Assembly: GCA_018302765.1 (NCBI GenBank)
Contig: JAGVZG010000020.1
Location: 1 to 37,589 of the forward strand
Direction: 5' to 3'
DNA from: Candidatus Woesearchaeota archaeon
Lineage (GTDB): Archaea > Nanobdellota > Nanobdellia > SCGC-AAA011-G17 > GW2011-AR18
DNA: 37,589 nt
The position numbers and the translations under genes are program-made. The first letter of the stretch is position 1. The number at the start of each line of letters is the position of its first letter. Positions 36,742-37,589 of this stretch are shown piece by piece. A model generated the notes under the pieces. That model was not told where the DNA came from and did no database searches. It was given only the letters and a program-made list of their open reading frames with translations.

Positions 36742-37587
36742 TTAAGATAAATTATCCTTATTTTTATTCTCTAAATTCTTTGCATACTCTAAAATTTCAT
36801 TATAGCTCTTTCCTAACAAAATATTTGAATATAGTTCTCTTTTCAAGACTATTGATTTTATGTAGGCTGTAATAAGATTCAATATCTCTTCTTGTAAACT
36901 CATAAATTCTTTTAGGGCAAAAGATATATTTCTCCATTTTTCATTTAATTTAAAGAAATGATTATAACGAGGGTTTTCATCAAATTCTAATTCTTTAGCA
37001 AACCAACTTACTGGAACATGGGCAAAGATATCTCTTAATGAAACGAATTTCTCTAAATCTTTCAGTAAGGGTGGCTCAGGTTGGTTGGGTAGTTCTATGG
37101 GTTCTTGTTTTCTTCCAATTCCACAATACCAACATAAGACTTCTACATCTTCAATTTTTTCATTACCAAAATTTTCATAGCTAATGTGATGAGTGTATAA
37201 TTGTTCCGTACCCCCACATTTACCACATTTCTTAAAATGTTCTATAAAGTATTTATTCTTCTTCTCCCATTCCTTGCTTTGAAGATATTCCCTATATACT
37301 GTCCCATCATCAACCTTCTTCATAATTTTTCTAATAATATTAACTTTAGTTCTAAATCCAAGACCTCCAAGTTCATTTTCTTTTTTTACTCCAGTGATTA
37401 GATGAAATTCTTTTTTATCAGGGTTCATAACTAAGTCTTCTCCTCCTGTTTTTGTTATAAGTTCATCAAAAGCCATTTCCACTTTAATTGAGGCTTCGAG
37501 AACATTTCCTCGTGCCACAACAACTTTTTCATGCCTTTCTTTAAGTTGAGGTATATTCTTTGTTAGTCTTTTAGACTCTTCAAGCAT
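36742..37587 (-). CDS. HEPN-like helical protein (RxxxAH motif) with an inserted HNH/Zn-finger module; may be 5'-truncated
   Basis: RGNVLEASIKVEMAFDELI, GFRTKVNII, then YREYLQSKEW...CGKCG...HHISY...GNE...D...LCWYC, then LEKFVSLRDIFAH. The ATG is 2 nt from the window end. Confidence 0.7.
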   Translation of the reverse strand: MLEESKRLTKNIPQLKERHEKVVVARGNVLEASIKVEMAFDELITKTGGEDLVMNPDKKEFHLITGVKKENELGGLGFRTKVNIIRKIMKKVDDGTVYREYLQSKEWEKKNKYFIEHFKKCGKCGGTEQLYTHHISYENFGNEKIEDVEVLCWYCGIGRKQEPIELPNQPEPPLLKDLEKFVSLRDIFAHVPVSWFAKELEFDENPRYNHFFKLNEKWRNISFALKEFMSLQEEILNLITAYIKSIVLKRELYSNILLGKSYNEILEYAKNLENKNKDNLS

Positions 37588-37589
37588 CT

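Noticed and set aside
13002-37401. Remaining short antisense or alternate-frame ORFs (13002, 14889, 15549, 16284, 17479, 18852, 21361, 21479, 24123, 24529, 25000, 25157, 25830, 27061, 27652, 29009, 31350, 34247, 35027, 37201)
   Set aside because: They overlap confidently identified genes and show no motifs or independent start signals.
1-37589. tRNA, rRNA or other structured ncRNA genes
   Set aside because: No GC-rich cloverleaf or rRNA-like segment in any intergenic gap; the only strong hairpins are IS ends and one terminator-like stem.

Overview
AT-rich archaeal chromosomal segment. The gene set and compaction suggest a DPANN lineage such as Nanobdellota/Woesearchaeota-Pacearchaeota (inference). 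It centres on a probable replication origin (ORB-like repeats at 33277-33596) beside a cdc6-DP1-DP2 (PolD) operon. Replication/repair genes are fen, radB, topA, and a split Hef helicase plus XPF/ERCC4 nuclease. Proteostasis genes are map, cdc48, pan and lonB; serS, thpR, a TctA/DUF112 membrane protein and a PRC-barrel protein are also present. Accessory material: (i) two large paralogous Ig/PKD-like repeat proteins flanking fen-map; (ii) an island at ~10014-12905 with a damaged IS5-family element, a Cys-rich secreted protein and an IS200-type element whose precise removal rejoins an interrupted reading frame; (iii) two tandem proteins built from exact 29-residue helical repeats resembling clathrin heavy-chain hairpins; (iv) a right-end module with a gene frameshifted at an A9 run, an unlisted 57-aa AbrB-like gene with palindromic operators, and a HEPN-like protein with an HNH/Zn module inserted inside it. 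Two short genes missed by the ORF track were found (7156-7299 and 36519-36692). No tRNA, rRNA or CRISPR array was seen. All family calls come from motifs read by eye; no database search was run.
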